59,317 nt of DNA, taken from sequence record SRR20825019_2655. One strand, 5' to 3'. The first letter of the stretch is position 1. Every line of letters begins with the position of its first letter. Below, one piece after another: positions 1-9,888 of this stretch. A program made the translations under genes and the position numbers. The notes below the pieces were generated by a model. The model searched no databases, was not told the DNA's origin, and worked only from the letters and a program-made list of their open reading frames with translations.

Positions 1-952
1 TGTCGTGGAGAATTTGCCACGCAAAGATGCCTCCGAACTCAGCTCCGTATTGTTCTTTAAGAGGCTTGATGATCTCGTGAACCAATGTTTCAACCGGAAC
101 ATAACCACTTCCTGCATCGCGTTGGATAATTGGTTTTCCGACGAGATATTTGCTCGCCGGTATTCCCGGGAATGCCGGGCGATTGCCGCTTTGCGGCCAT
201 CCCTCAATGACGGAGCGATAGTGGGTGAGAAGCTGTTCGTTACTTTGGTAGCCGGGATTGCTGTAATACTGCATCTGCAGCCAATCGATTTCGTGGCCCA
301 CGGCCTCCCATACCTCGATGTAGCCATTCATTTTGCTGTGATGCCGCGTCAGATACGGAGGCTGTGGAGTGTGGGTGAGAATGAACCCTTGGCTTGACGG
401 GATATGCTGCTGTTGACGCAACTCTTTCGTTAGTTTGATCAGAAACTCACGGCCGTCGTAGTCAGCCTTACCCATGAAAGCGTGACTGTCTTCCCAATCG
501 ATATCCAGCCCGTCAAAGCGAATCGGCGGACCGTCCTGGGTCGGGCAGGCTCGAACCAATGAGCTTAAATCCTGTGCCAAACTGGGAATCCAATTGCTGA
601 GTGAGGCGTATGATTCCGTTTGCACGGTGCCTCCTCCGAAGGACAGCAACACCTTGATCCCTTTTGCCTGCAACGCGCGAATACCTTCGGCGATAGACCG
701 GGACAGGACCAATCGTCCATTGACTCCCTGACCGCCCACAAAACTCAATTGTCCGGTATCTTGATCCGGAGCGACGAATGCGATGATGATATGGGTATAG
801 GCCTTCTCGGCGTGACGGGCCAATACTTCGCCATCGGAGCCACAGTAATAGCCTATTAACCGACTTTCCACGAGGGTGCCGGTTGTTTTTGACACGAAGG
901 AAACCAGCACAAGGGATGCGAGGATGATCAGATAGAGGGGGCGTTTTCTCAT
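1..952 (-). CDS. Secreted GH18 chitinase-like glycoside hydrolase (3' end runs off the window edge)
   Basis: Manual translation from ATG 952: signal-like MRKRPLYLIILASLVLVSF, then YTHIIIAF, KVLLSFGG, catalytic FDGLDIDWE (DxxDxDxE), QMQYY, GIPASKYLVGKP, FGGIFAWQ. No stop before position 1, so it is absent from the ORF track. Confidence 0.9.
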   Translation of the reverse strand, partial: MRKRPLYLIILASLVLVSFVSKTTGTLVESRLIGYYCGSDGEVLARHAEKAYTHIIIAFVAPDQDTGQLSFVGGQGVNGRLVLSRSIAEGIRALQAKGIKVLLSFGGGTVQTESYASLSNWIPSLAQDLSSLVRACPTQDGPPIRFDGLDIDWEDSHAFMGKADYDGREFLIKLTKELRQQQHIPSSQGFILTHTPQPPYLTRHHSKMNGYIEVWEAVGHEIDWLQMQYYSNPGYQSNEQLLTHYRSVIEGWPQSGNRPAFPGIPASKYLVGKPIIQRDAGSGYVPVETLVHEIIKPLKEQYGAEFGGIFAWQILHD

Positions 953-983
953 CTCATGAATCGGGTGTAACCGTGGGCCGCTC

Positions 984-1394
984 TTATTTGAAAAACTTAT
1001 CGAAGATCGCTTCGATCATCTTTTCGGGACTCTTTTTGGTTAAACCGGTGTGATGCGAGATCCCGGTGGCGATGAGTCGGTGTGTGTGAGGGTTACGGGC
1101 GGTGATTTCGAGGTCGATCAGGTAGGAATGGAAATCCCAGGTCCACCGGGCGTCGTAGGTAATAAGGACTTCGATGTCGTTGGGCATCATGGTGAGATGT
1201 CCATGAGTTGCTTGGAAACCGCGGGTCCGGAGGTCTGCGGCGATGAGTGCATCGGTGGCGTGGTTATCGTTCAGACGTTTTTCGACGTAGAATTTCGTGA
1301 ATTGCTGCAAATTGGCCTCGGGATCGCGCCGAATAGTGGTCGATGAACAGCTCGTGAGGAAAGCGAGAGATGCAATGAGGAGGAGCAGACGCAT
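984..1394 (-). CDS. Hypothetical lipoprotein (possibly DUF4136-like)
   Basis: 136 aa with lipobox FLTSC after a hydrophobic leader. Confidence 0.7.
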   Translation of the reverse strand: MRLLLLIASLAFLTSCSSTTIRRDPEANLQQFTKFYVEKRLNDNHATDALIAADLRTRGFQATHGHLTMMPNDIEVLITYDARWTWDFHSYLIDLEITARNPHTHRLIATGISHHTGLTKKSPEKMIEAIFDKFFK

Positions 1395-1490
1395 GAGATT
1401 GGTATAGTAGACGCCAGGCGGAATGGAATGGATACAAAAAAAGCCGATCTTTCGATTGGCTGGAGTTAAACGAGAGGGATGAGCGGAAGG

Positions 1491-2006
1491 TTAATCCCAA
1501 ACATTAACCTGAATGGTTACATTGATCTTTTCGACCAAGGTCACGGTTTTGGGTTCAATCGCCCCTTCGGGCATCGCTTCGACAGTGATCTTTGAACCGA
1601 TTTCCCGGTTAATGAAGAGCTTGTTGAGTTTAGTATCTCCATTGAATGAAGCGATCATCTCTTCAACCGGTTGGTCGTTGATGCGATAGATGCGGGTGCG
1701 TGGCCCAAGTCCATGTTCTTCTGCGGATGAATCGGGTTTCACCTTATCGATATACATAGCGGTCACCCGGCCCGTATTGCCATCCTTCCATAAGGAGAGA
1801 CTGACCCCGAAGCATAATGGAGGAGGAGACTCCTCAAACGTAAAAGGTTGAAGCATGATCACGGGCGCTTCGATCGGAAGAGGTTTTTTCGTCTCTGGAG
1901 AGGATGCCTTCCCTTCAGCGGTATTGGGTTCGGCGTGGAGCGCATTCGCAAGCAAGATGGCCAAGATCAGTGGGAGGATATGTCGGAGCAAGAGAGTTGG
2001 TGACAT
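1491..2006 (-). CDS. Secreted PDZ-like domain protein
   Basis: Signal peptide ending ALHA; IDKVKPDSSAEEHGLGPRTRIYRINDQPV resembles the PDZ V..GSPA..AGL..GD.I..ING pattern. Confidence 0.65.
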   Translation of the reverse strand: MSPTLLLRHILPLILAILLANALHAEPNTAEGKASSPETKKPLPIEAPVIMLQPFTFEESPPPLCFGVSLSLWKDGNTGRVTAMYIDKVKPDSSAEEHGLGPRTRIYRINDQPVEEMIASFNGDTKLNKLFINREIGSKITVEAMPEGAIEPKTVTLVEKINVTIQVNVWD

Positions 2007-2100
2007 TTGGTTATGGATGATTGAGGTGAGGTGGTGGCTCTCTCTAAAGCTATGTCATCGTGTTTGGTTAAATATCGCAAATTATTTATCATCGGACACA

Positions 2101-2128
2101 ACAAAGCCGCTCTATAGAGCGGCTTTGT
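2101..2128. terminator. Perfect hairpin (terminator or REP-like element)
   Basis: ACAAAGCCGCTC-TATA-GAGCGGCTTTGT downstream of the 2195..2767 gene. Confidence 0.7.
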
Positions 2129-2194
2129 CTGAAGGCAAAAGTAAACGATGGAGCAAAGATTACTTGGCTGTTGGGGTAAGTGTTGAAGAGGTAT

Positions 2195-2767
2195 TTAATA
2201 TAACGTCACCGTGCCGTCCAAGAGCGTGCCGTCCATAGCCGTGCCGTCCAAGCTTTCCAGTTTGACCTCCACGACGCGGTCGGCCTGAAAGAAAATGTAG
2301 AGGTTGTAAACCGGTAGGTCGGGAAGACTGAGGTCATTGCCAGAGCCGGTGGCTGTTGCCCCGAGACTGGTAGTGTTGCCCGGTGCATTGGCATTCACCG
2401 TAGCCTTGCCCGTCTCGAGATTCAGAGATCGATGTAAATTGGGATTACGGGTTGTCGAATAGGTCGTGAGAATTTCGGCGCATTTGGCGGAAGGGTAATA
2501 CTTTTTATAAGTCCACATCTCGAGGGACGCGTCAGCATTCTGTTTGGTTCCGATCGAGGTTGGTTTGCCTAATACCAGATAGGTCATGTCCGGGGTATAC
2601 CCCGGAGCGATGAAGCCATCCGTAATTAGTTGCTGCTGCTCTGCGGTCAAAGAAGCGAAAACGGCAGACTTTTCGGTGATGCGATTGGAGATGCCATTGG
2701 ATTCACATCCGGCACAAAGCAACGTGGTGATAGCAAGACAAGCGTGGATGACGCGGGACATTTTCAT
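2195..2767 (-). CDS. Hypothetical lipoprotein (SmpA/BamE-like motif)
   Basis: Probable start ATG 2767 or 2761; lipobox LCAGC; GYTPDMTYLVLGKP...EMWTY resembles the SmpA/OmlA-type motif. Confidence 0.65.
   Translation of the reverse strand: MKMSRVIHACLAITTLLCAGCESNGISNRITEKSAVFASLTAEQQQLITDGFIAPGYTPDMTYLVLGKPTSIGTKQNADASLEMWTYKKYYPSAKCAEILTTYSTTRNPNLHRSLNLETGKATVNANAPGNTTSLGATATGSGNDLSLPDLPVYNLYIFFQADRVVEVKLESLDGTAMDGTLLDGTVTLY
2210..2250. repeat. Three copies of CGTGCCGTCCA with 15-bp period, in coding sequence
   Basis: Copies at 2210, 2225 and 2240 encode (L/M)DGT three times at the lipoprotein C-terminus. Confidence 0.85.
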
Positions 2768-2856
2768 AGACTGAGTTGGCTTGGGTTCGGCGGTGGTTGT
2801 CCCCTCAATGAAACCACGATTTTTCGGAGAATGTTTCAAACTCTATATACCAGAGA

Positions 2857-2888
2857 TCACATAGCCGCTCGATCGAGCGGCTTTGTGA
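2857..2888. terminator. Hairpin downstream of xylA, near-identical to the 2101 hairpin
   Basis: TCACATAGCCGCTC-GATC-GAGCGGCTTTGTGA. Confidence 0.7.
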
Positions 2889-2923
2889 GGTGGGCTACTC
2901 TAAAGACTGATGAGCTCAAACTC

Positions 2924-4252
2924 CTAACCGTGGAGGTAGGTGTTGAGGAGGTTTTCGAGGTATTCTTGTTTACCGGAGCGTTGCTTGGGCTCGCCGAGTT
3001 TGGTGAGCACGAGTTTTTCGAGGCTCTTGAAGTTGGCTTTGCCTGATTCGATATCCTGTCCGAAACCGGAATCAAAAGAGCTGTAACGATCCGCGACGAA
3101 GTTTTCGAATTTCCCGTCGGCGAGGATGCGACGTGCGATCTTGAATGCGAGGGCATAGGCATCCATGCCGCCGATGTGGGCGTGGAAGAGATCGTCGAGA
3201 TCGGTCGAAGGGCGGCGGAGCTTGGCATCGAAGTTAAAGCCACCACTGCCGAGTCCACCGGCGCGGAGAATCGAAACCATCGCGAGCGTGAGTTCCTTCA
3301 CATCGGTATTGAACTGATCGGTGTCCCAACCGAGGAGCATGTCACCGGAGTTGGCATCGATCGAACCGAGCATGCCTTGGGCGGCGGCGACATCGATTTC
3401 GTGCGAGAAGGTGTGTCCGGCAAGGGTGGCGTGGTTGGTCTCAATGTTGAACTTGAAATGCTTTTCCAGGCCGTGGGTGCGGAGGAAGGCGATGCCGCTG
3501 GCGACATCGAAATCGTATTGATGCTTGGTCGGCTCCTTGGGCTTGGGTTCGATGAGGAACTGACCCTTGAAACCGATCTGCTTGGAGTAATCGACCGCCA
3601 TGTGCATGAAGCGCGCGAGGTGCGCCTGTTCGCGTTTGAGATCGGTATTGAGGAGGGTTTCGTAGCCTTCGCGGCCGCCCCAGAAGACGTAGTTCTCACC
3701 GCCGAGTTCCTTGGTCGCGTCCATCGCGGTCTTTACCTGCGCGGCGGCGTAGGCAAACACGTGGGCATCGGGGTTGGTGGCCGCACCGCACATGAAGCGC
3801 GGATTGGAAAAGAGATTGGCGGTGCCCCAGAGGAGCTTCACTCCCGTGTCTTTTTGGAGGGCCTTGGCGTGGGCGACGATCTTGGCGAGGTTCTTGTTGG
3901 ACTGCGCGAGGGTGCGGCCTTCGGGGGCGATGTCACGATCGTGAAAGCACCAGAAGGGGGCCCGGATCTTTTGGAAAAACTCAAAGGCGGCATCCATGCG
4001 CTTTTTGGCCACGGAGATCTCGTCTTGGCCTTTTTCCCACGAGCGGGTGATCGTGCCCGGACCAAAGGGATCGGAACCCGCGCCACGGAAAGAGTGCCAA
4101 TAAGCGATCGAGAATCGCATGTGCTCGCTCATGGTTTTGCCATCGATGATTTCGTCGGGATTGTAGTGACGAAACGCGAGTGGCTTCTCGGAACCGGGGC
4201 CTTCGTAGGCGATGGTCTTGATTTTGGGGAAATGGGATTTACGGGATTTCAT
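2924..4252 (-). CDS. xylA: Xylose isomerase (class II)
   Basis: [65 protein letters not shown]. Confidence 0.98.
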   Translation of the reverse strand: MKSRKSHFPKIKTIAYEGPGSEKPLAFRHYNPDEIIDGKTMSEHMRFSIAYWHSFRGAGSDPFGPGTITRSWEKGQDEISVAKKRMDAAFEFFQKIRAPFWCFHDRDIAPEGRTLAQSNKNLAKIVAHAKALQKDTGVKLLWGTANLFSNPRFMCGAATNPDAHVFAYAAAQVKTAMDATKELGGENYVFWGGREGYETLLNTDLKREQAHLARFMHMAVDYSKQIGFKGQFLIEPKPKEPTKHQYDFDVASGIAFLRTHGLEKHFKFNIETNHATLAGHTFSHEIDVAAAQGMLGSIDANSGDMLLGWDTDQFNTDVKELTLAMVSILRAGGLGSGGFNFDAKLRRPSTDLDDLFHAHIGGMDAYALAFKIARRILADGKFENFVADRYSSFDSGFGQDIESGKANFKSLEKLVLTKLGEPKQRSGKQEYLENLLNTYLHG

Positions 4253-4323
4253 AAGTAAAAGGGGTGTTGAAAGTTGGTCAGGCGTGAAGAGAAGGAAAGT
4301 TATTTCTGGAGGCGGTGAAACGC

Positions 4324-4354
4324 AAAGAGCCCGGAAGCATTTGCTCCCGGACTC
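4324..4354 (-). terminator. Intrinsic terminator after the TonB-dependent receptor operon
   Basis: Minus strand GAGTCCGGGAGCA-AA-TGCTTCCGGGCTC followed by TTTGCGTTT. Confidence 0.6.
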
Positions 4355-4400
4355 CCTGATTTTGCGAATTCGACCTGTGTGATCGGAAATGAGACCGCGC

Positions 4401-6830
4401 TTAGAATTTCGCGGTGATTGTAAACGTGGCGTTGAGAGGTTCGCTGGGACGGCCGCCGAGGAATTGGGCGAGTTCGTAATACCGTTCGTCGGTGACGTTA
4501 TTCACGTTGAGCTGTGCGCTCCAGAAGCTGTTGCTGTCATAGCGGATCACGGCATCGACCGTAGTGTAGCGGGGAACGTAGGCCTGCGCGATGCCGAACG
4601 AGGTCGAGTTGATCGTGCGACGACCGGTGTGGCGCAGACCTCCTCCGAGGGTGAAATGGCCGTCGAGGAATTCCGGCCGTAACGTATGTTGCACCCAGAC
4701 TGATGAGAAAAATCGTGGCATGCCTTTTTGGAGACCGGTGACGGTTCCTTCGCCGGGATTGTTCTGCGTGCGCGGATCCTGATAGGTGGCATTGAAATTC
4801 ACGAGCCAGTTTTCAGTGAGGTTCACGTTGAGATCCATCTCCGCTCCGGTGGTTTCCTCCTGTCCATCGTAGCGGTAGGGATCGACATCGACGTTGTAAG
4901 TCGGGGAGGAAGGGTTGTCGTCGTAGAGCGGATTGCCGTAACGCAGATTGGTGCGGGAGGTTTCGAAGACGGCCGTGGAGAGCGCCAATCGACCACCCAG
5001 AAACTGCTGCTTCATGCCAATCTCGTAGTTCTCCGATTCGCTGTCGGGTGGTTGATTGTTCAAAACGACGGAACCCGTGACACTGAGGACCGTGCGGCCT
5101 TGGGCCGCGGCGATGAAGAACGAAGTATCGGGACGGAAACGCCAGCTGAGGCCGGCATTGTAATTACTGCCTTGATCCTTGGATGAGGTGGGAAGGGGAT
5201 CCCCCGAGCCTACGAGATTATTATCATATTTTTGATCGATCTGATTCCATCCGGCAGCGAGGCGGAGAGTCAGGTTGTGGGGAAGGGTGATGACATCCTG
5301 AATGCCGAATCCGTAGGAACTGACGTCTTTGGTGTAATTGGAACTTTCGTAAACGGCGTAATCCTCGAAACGACCAGTGGGCCAATTGGGATTGCGCATA
5401 TCGTAAATGTAGGGAACCGGATTGGCCGCAGAACGGGCATTGTCGGCATCGTAAACACTCCAGTTTTTCGTCTGATAATCGCGCAGCTCGACGTAGGAAG
5501 TGACGAGAAATTCGTGTCTGGTTGAGGCGAAATCAAATCGACGTTTGAGCTCGGCGAAATACTGAATCGTGTCTTCCTGGAAATCGACTTTCCGGTATTC
5601 CTGACGACGAACAGAGAAGGGATAAAGCACGCCGTTTTCGATCAGTGGCGCACGGGGAGCGGCGTTGATGCTGCCGTTGCGATCCCAATAAACATAGTTG
5701 AAAGCACCGGTGGAGCGCACGTAGTCGGAGCCGTAGGAGCGGAACTGCGCGTAGTGAGCGAAAGCGGTGTCGCCATTGATCGTCCAATCATGGCGAACCT
5801 TGATGCGAAACTCTTCACCGTCGGTGGGACGGGCGAGCGGAGAAATCAAACTGGCGTCGCCGAGATCATAGGGTTGTCCACCGTCGCCGGGAGCCAAGCT
5901 ATCAAGCAATTGCTGCTTCTGCGCATCGGTGAGCTGGAGACGGCCACCGCCGGGAGCGCCATTCGGGATATTGTCGATGGTCGCATCCTCGGCATTAACG
6001 TTGGCCGGGGTCGTGCTGCGGATGTCAAAGATGCGCACGGGGTGACCGCTCGAATCGACCTGCACGCGATCAGCGATGTAGGCACCGGTGAGGAGGAGCG
6101 TGTGATCAGCGTTCGGCTTGAAGAGAAGTGAAGGATAGAGTTCGGTGCGGTCTTCATTGAAATTCCGATAACCGTCGCTTTCACGATCCGAGAGAATGAA
6201 GCGGTAGCTGAGCTTATCAGAAAGTGGGCCGGTTACATCCAGTTCTGCGCCGTAGGTATTCCATGCTCCGACGTAGGCTTTCAGCTGTCGGCTCGGAGTC
6301 GATTGGGGACGTTTCTCCACCAGATTGATGATGCCGCCAGCTCCACCGATACCGTAGAGCGTGCCGGCAGGACCCTTGAGAACTTCGATACGCTCAACGT
6401 TGGTGACGGAACGGACGGTTGCCCCGGAACCACCACCGCTGCCTCCGGAACCCGCGTCGAGTCCGTCGTAAGTATAGGAAATCGATTGGCCGCGAATCGC
6501 GAGCTGGTCGCCGATGCCATAGTTATTACCTTCGTGCATGAGACCACTGATATTGCGGATGGAATCCTGCAATGAAGTCGCCCCCTGGGCATTGAGTAGT
6601 TCTTTTGTGGCAATGCTCACCGAGGCCGGTGTGTCGATCAGAGCGGCACCGGATTTCATCGGAGTGTAGGCCTGCGATACTTGAGCAGACTCACTTTCAA
6701 TGACCATGGTATCCAGAGTGTAGATCTCCTCTTTCGTCTCATCGGCAACTTGCCCAGAGAGAGATGCAGTGGCTAAGAGTGCGAGGGAACAAACCCAGGC
6801 ACGCTTTAGTGGTGTCGTGTTTAGTTTCAT
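4401..6830 (-). CDS. TonB-dependent receptor, ferrisiderophore (FhuA/Fiu-like) type
   Basis: Signal peptide, TonB-box-like DTMVI, TPASVSI plug, [29 protein letters not shown]-terminal F. Confidence 0.92.
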   Translation of the reverse strand: MKLNTTPLKRAWVCSLALLATASLSGQVADETKEEIYTLDTMVIESESAQVSQAYTPMKSGAALIDTPASVSIATKELLNAQGATSLQDSIRNISGLMHEGNNYGIGDQLAIRGQSISYTYDGLDAGSGGSGGGSGATVRSVTNVERIEVLKGPAGTLYGIGGAGGIINLVEKRPQSTPSRQLKAYVGAWNTYGAELDVTGPLSDKLSYRFILSDRESDGYRNFNEDRTELYPSLLFKPNADHTLLLTGAYIADRVQVDSSGHPVRIFDIRSTTPANVNAEDATIDNIPNGAPGGGRLQLTDAQKQQLLDSLAPGDGGQPYDLGDASLISPLARPTDGEEFRIKVRHDWTINGDTAFAHYAQFRSYGSDYVRSTGAFNYVYWDRNGSINAAPRAPLIENGVLYPFSVRRQEYRKVDFQEDTIQYFAELKRRFDFASTRHEFLVTSYVELRDYQTKNWSVYDADNARSAANPVPYIYDMRNPNWPTGRFEDYAVYESSNYTKDVSSYGFGIQDVITLPHNLTLRLAAGWNQIDQKYDNNLVGSGDPLPTSSKDQGSNYNAGLSWRFRPDTSFFIAAAQGRTVLSVTGSVVLNNQPPDSESENYEIGMKQQFLGGRLALSTAVFETSRTNLRYGNPLYDDNPSSPTYNVDVDPYRYDGQEETTGAEMDLNVNLTENWLVNFNATYQDPRTQNNPGEGTVTGLQKGMPRFFSSVWVQHTLRPEFLDGHFTLGGGLRHTGRRTINSTSFGIAQAYVPRYTTVDAVIRYDSNSFWSAQLNVNNVTDERYYELAQFLGGRPSEPLNATFTITAKF

Positions 6831-6845
6831 GATAAAAAAATGGCT

Positions 6846-7988
6846 TCAGGCATTTCGGTTGCGGCGTTGAAACCGCCGTAGGGTGAGGGCGAATCCGGTG
6901 TAGATGAGCACGAGCACTCCGAGACAGCCGACAAAGGCTACGGTTTGTCCGATGAGCCCGAAGGCTTCGCCGGTGTGAATGGTTTCGTTGAGGACGCGCA
7001 GGGCCCTGCCGGTGGGGAGGTTGCTCCAGCTCTCCGTTCTGATGAGCTCGCCGGAGAAGGGATCAAAGCGGAGCGGGATGCCCCCTCGGGGCAGACTTTC
7101 GGGGTAGGCGTAAATCGTCAGAGGCCGCTCGGTGAAAGTGTCGTCCTTGTTCTGGCGTGGCAGATAGAACAGGAGTGATTCCCAATCGGGAACTTCGCGA
7201 TTGATGGTCGCAAGGATCAGATTGGGTGAGGCCACGGGAGCATCGGGCGAGGGCGCGATGATCTCGGGCGGGATGTATTCGCTATCGGGATAGATGAAGT
7301 TGGCGAATGGCTTGAAAGAAATGACCATGCCGGTGACGGACATGATGATGACCGGTAGGGCGGTCCAAATACCGATGGCGTTGTGCCAGTTCCAATTGCG
7401 CATCCAGCCCCGGCAATTCCACTTCATCAAAGCGATGGTTTTGAAGGCGCGTTTGCTCAGTTTCTTCGGCCACCAAAGGTAGAGTCCGCTCAAACTGATC
7501 ACCAAAAGGATGGTCGTAGACCAGGAAACGATCCCCTGACCAAGAGTGCTGTTCCAAAGCGAAGGGTTCTCCTTATCCAGACGGGGTGCCGCGAGATAGC
7601 GGTGTAGACTGAGATTGAAACTAAAGAACTTTCGCCAGCTGGATGAAGTCGCTTCCGAGGTCTCTCCTGTTGTGGGGTTGAGAAGGAGTGTGCCCGCATC
7701 ACGCAGTCGCGCTGTGTAGAAGCGATCCCCGGCCGAATACATGCGCATGGAACCGACGCGATCACCAGGATGATCCTGAAGGATGCGGGTAATGAGCTCT
7801 GCGGGTTGCAGAGGAGGGAGCGCGGTTTGCTCAGCCGGAAGTGTAACGTGATCCCGTTCCGTCCATGCAGTGATTTGATCTTCGAACGCAAGGATCGCGC
7901 CTGTCAGCGCGGTGACCGCAATGGCCAATCCCGCTCCGACACCGAGAGCGAGATGTAACCAAAAGAAAATGGGGCGTAATTTTCTCAT
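6846..7988 (-). CDS. PepSY-associated TM helix protein (FoxB/PiuB-like ferric reductase candidate)
   Basis: WLHLALG, TGAILAF, SLHRYL, SGLYLWWP, NWHNAIG, IHTGEAFG; four His in TM segments. Confidence 0.9.
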   Translation of the reverse strand: MRKLRPIFFWLHLALGVGAGLAIAVTALTGAILAFEDQITAWTERDHVTLPAEQTALPPLQPAELITRILQDHPGDRVGSMRMYSAGDRFYTARLRDAGTLLLNPTTGETSEATSSSWRKFFSFNLSLHRYLAAPRLDKENPSLWNSTLGQGIVSWSTTILLVISLSGLYLWWPKKLSKRAFKTIALMKWNCRGWMRNWNWHNAIGIWTALPVIIMSVTGMVISFKPFANFIYPDSEYIPPEIIAPSPDAPVASPNLILATINREVPDWESLLFYLPRQNKDDTFTERPLTIYAYPESLPRGGIPLRFDPFSGELIRTESWSNLPTGRALRVLNETIHTGEAFGLIGQTVAFVGCLGVLVLIYTGFALTLRRFQRRNRNA

Positions 7989-7992
7989 GGAA

Positions 7993-8457
7993 TTAATTCA
8001 GCACCGAGCGGATCTCATCCAACTTGCGGAATGCCTGTGATTCCCACTCGGCGTAGGTATCATCAAAGTCGATATCGGCTTCGATGCGGGGCAGTAGAGC
8101 TTGTCCTCCGCGCTTGGAGATCGCCTGATCTAGATTACGGGCAAAGGCGTTGAATTCATCATAGTCGCGGTCGCCTAATCCGAGGATCGCGTATTGAGTG
8201 TTGGCGAGATTGAGGGCGTCGTCTGATTCGAGTTCGTCGAAGAAATCGATGGCGTCATCTGGCGGTTCGCCGTCACCCCAGGTGCTGACGACACAGAGCA
8301 GAAAAGGGATGTCGGACAGCTCGGAAGCTTTGATTTCAGCGACATTCTGGAGCTGAGCGTTCCAGCCTTCATTGAGGGCGCGTTCGTAAGCGCGTTGGGC
8401 GAGCGTCTCGGCGTTGCCGGTGACGGTGGCGTAGAGAATCGTGAGTGATTGTGACAT
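7993..8457 (-). CDS. Flavodoxin
   Basis: LYATVTGNAE FMN phosphate loop, VSTWGDGEPP, GLGDRDYDEFN. Confidence 0.93.
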   Translation of the reverse strand: MSQSLTILYATVTGNAETLAQRAYERALNEGWNAQLQNVAEIKASELSDIPFLLCVVSTWGDGEPPDDAIDFFDELESDDALNLANTQYAILGLGDRDYDEFNAFARNLDQAISKRGGQALLPRIEADIDFDDTYAEWESQAFRKLDEIRSVLN

Positions 8458-8465
8458 GATGATGG

Positions 8466-9341
8466 TTAACGAACTTTTGGAAACAGGGAGGCGAGCGCGT
8501 CATCCCAGTTGTCGATTCGCGAGGGGAGTGCGGTGAAGGTGAACAGGCAGGTGCGATTGGCTCCGACAAGGTGGAGTTGCTGGTATCCGGCCTGTGTGCT
8601 TACGGCCAAGGCCCGAACGGCAGGCAGGGCGATTTGGGCGTGGGCTCCATTTGCATGAAGGGTTAGGATCCCTTCATCCACGGAGGCACTGCTCAGCATC
8701 ATGAGTTGGATGTGCTGGGTTGAGCCTGACTCCAGTTTGGCCTCCACGGGGAATTCTTCGTTCCGGACGACTTCGAATAGGGGCAGGAGAGAGTGTCCGG
8801 AATTGGCTACAGTAAGCGCATCGGCCGGGATTTTGGGGAACTCGAACGACGTTTGACTGCTCCGGGTTTGCGCAACCGTAGGAGTCCGCTTGTCGGGCGA
8901 GTAGTTTTGTCCGATATAGTCGGCCCACTCCTCGATGGAGTATTCCGGAAACGCGCAGATTTGGATGACATCGAGACCGTATTGATTGCAGATTTCAACG
9001 CGTCCCGGTGATTGGCAGCACGGACAGTAGTCGACGCGACCCCACGCATGATGCCAGGTTTCGGGCAAGCAAGAGAGAGAGGCATTGCTGGGCACATCGG
9101 ATCCTGAAATGAGAAGCTCATCCAAAGATGCGGTGGTGACCAGTCGGGCAAAATTATGCCGTGTCTGGAGCGAAATCCTGGGGAGTTTGGCTGCGCCGGA
9201 GAGTAGCATGTTCCAGTCGGTGCTGAGTGGGATTCGACCGGCGGAAGTGGTGCGAAAACACGGACTTTTTTTGCAACTGGGAAGTGTGGCAGCGGATACT
9301 CGTGTGCCTTGGAAGAATGATTTTTCGTGGTATCGGGACAT
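8466..9341 (-). CDS. Divergent HemS/ChuS/PhuS-fold protein with CPCC motif (tentative)
   Basis: Two-repeat pattern resembling HemS by eye: LSTDWNMLL...LQTRHNFA, WHHAW...VEICNQYGLDVIQI...EEWADYI, and SLLPLFEVV...GILTLHANGAHAQI...LHLVGANRT. ORF is tightly packed in the operon. Confidence 0.55.
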   Translation of the reverse strand: MSRYHEKSFFQGTRVSAATLPSCKKSPCFRTTSAGRIPLSTDWNMLLSGAAKLPRISLQTRHNFARLVTTASLDELLISGSDVPSNASLSCLPETWHHAWGRVDYCPCCQSPGRVEICNQYGLDVIQICAFPEYSIEEWADYIGQNYSPDKRTPTVAQTRSSQTSFEFPKIPADALTVANSGHSLLPLFEVVRNEEFPVEAKLESGSTQHIQLMMLSSASVDEGILTLHANGAHAQIALPAVRALAVSTQAGYQQLHLVGANRTCLFTFTALPSRIDNWDDALASLFPKVR

Positions 9342-9347
9342 AGTGGT

Positions 9348-9653
9348 TTAGCCGGAGTGGGCTTCGCGAATCGGGGGAGAAGAGAAGGCTGATTCGCCAT
9401 GCACGAGGACACTGACTCGTGAGGCGGGGAAGTAGCAGGCCAGTCGGCAAACGAGGCACCAGACGGGATGTTGGGAGTCGGCCAGATCGACCGGTAGGTG
9501 GATGAGGATACTGTTCTCCTTGAACGAATGCTTGGTGTTGCAGCGAATGGAGGAACCAGTCTCGCGGGCGCATGCAGTGATCGTTTCGATCATGAGGTCG
9601 GCGTGCTGCTCAGGGGCACTGATCTCGCATTGGATGAACGGATGAAGTGACAT
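9348..9653 (-). CDS. Small Cys-rich hypothetical protein (CxxCxxxC)
   Basis: Probable ATG 9653 just downstream of a Fur-like box; contains WCLVCRLACYFP; 6 bp gap to the next gene. Confidence 0.6.
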   Translation of the reverse strand: MSLHPFIQCEISAPEQHADLMIETITACARETGSSIRCNTKHSFKENSILIHLPVDLADSQHPVWCLVCRLACYFPASRVSVLVHGESAFSSPPIREAHSG

Positions 9654-9667
9654 GATTATTGTGCGGA

Positions 9668-9682
9668 TAAGACTCATTCTCG
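9668..9682. promoter_or_regulatory. Fur-like 7-1-7 box
   Basis: TAAGACT-C-ATTCTCG, matching the boxes at 15150 and 17599. Confidence 0.6.
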
Positions 9683-9708
9683 ATAGATGGCCAAAAAAAA
9701 CGCCGTGG

Positions 9709-9888
9709 TTAGACGATGGAGAGAAAGGCAGTGAGGAGGATCAGGGCTGCAAGGATCTCGATGACGAAGTCCAGTGATCCTCCTGAGTGACAATGATCAG
9801 AGAGAGTGGGAATGCGGCGGGCAAACGGCTTGTCAGATCGGAGGGACATCATCGGTAATTTGGGTTTGAGAGGAGTGAGATCAGCCAT
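9709..9888 (-). CDS. Putative 59-aa small membrane protein
   Basis: ATG overlaps the upstream TGA (TGATG); C-terminal hydrophobic FVIEILAALILLTAFLSIV. Confidence 0.45.
   Translation of the reverse strand: MADLTPLKPKLPMMSLRSDKPFARRIPTLSDHCHSGGSLDFVIEILAALILLTAFLSIV

Noticed and set aside
5-859. + strand ORFs 5..397 and 620..859
   Set aside because: Antisense shadows of the GH18 gene on the minus strand.
3176-4258. 360-aa + strand ORF
   Set aside because: Antisense to xylA; explained by codon bias and has no recognisable motifs.
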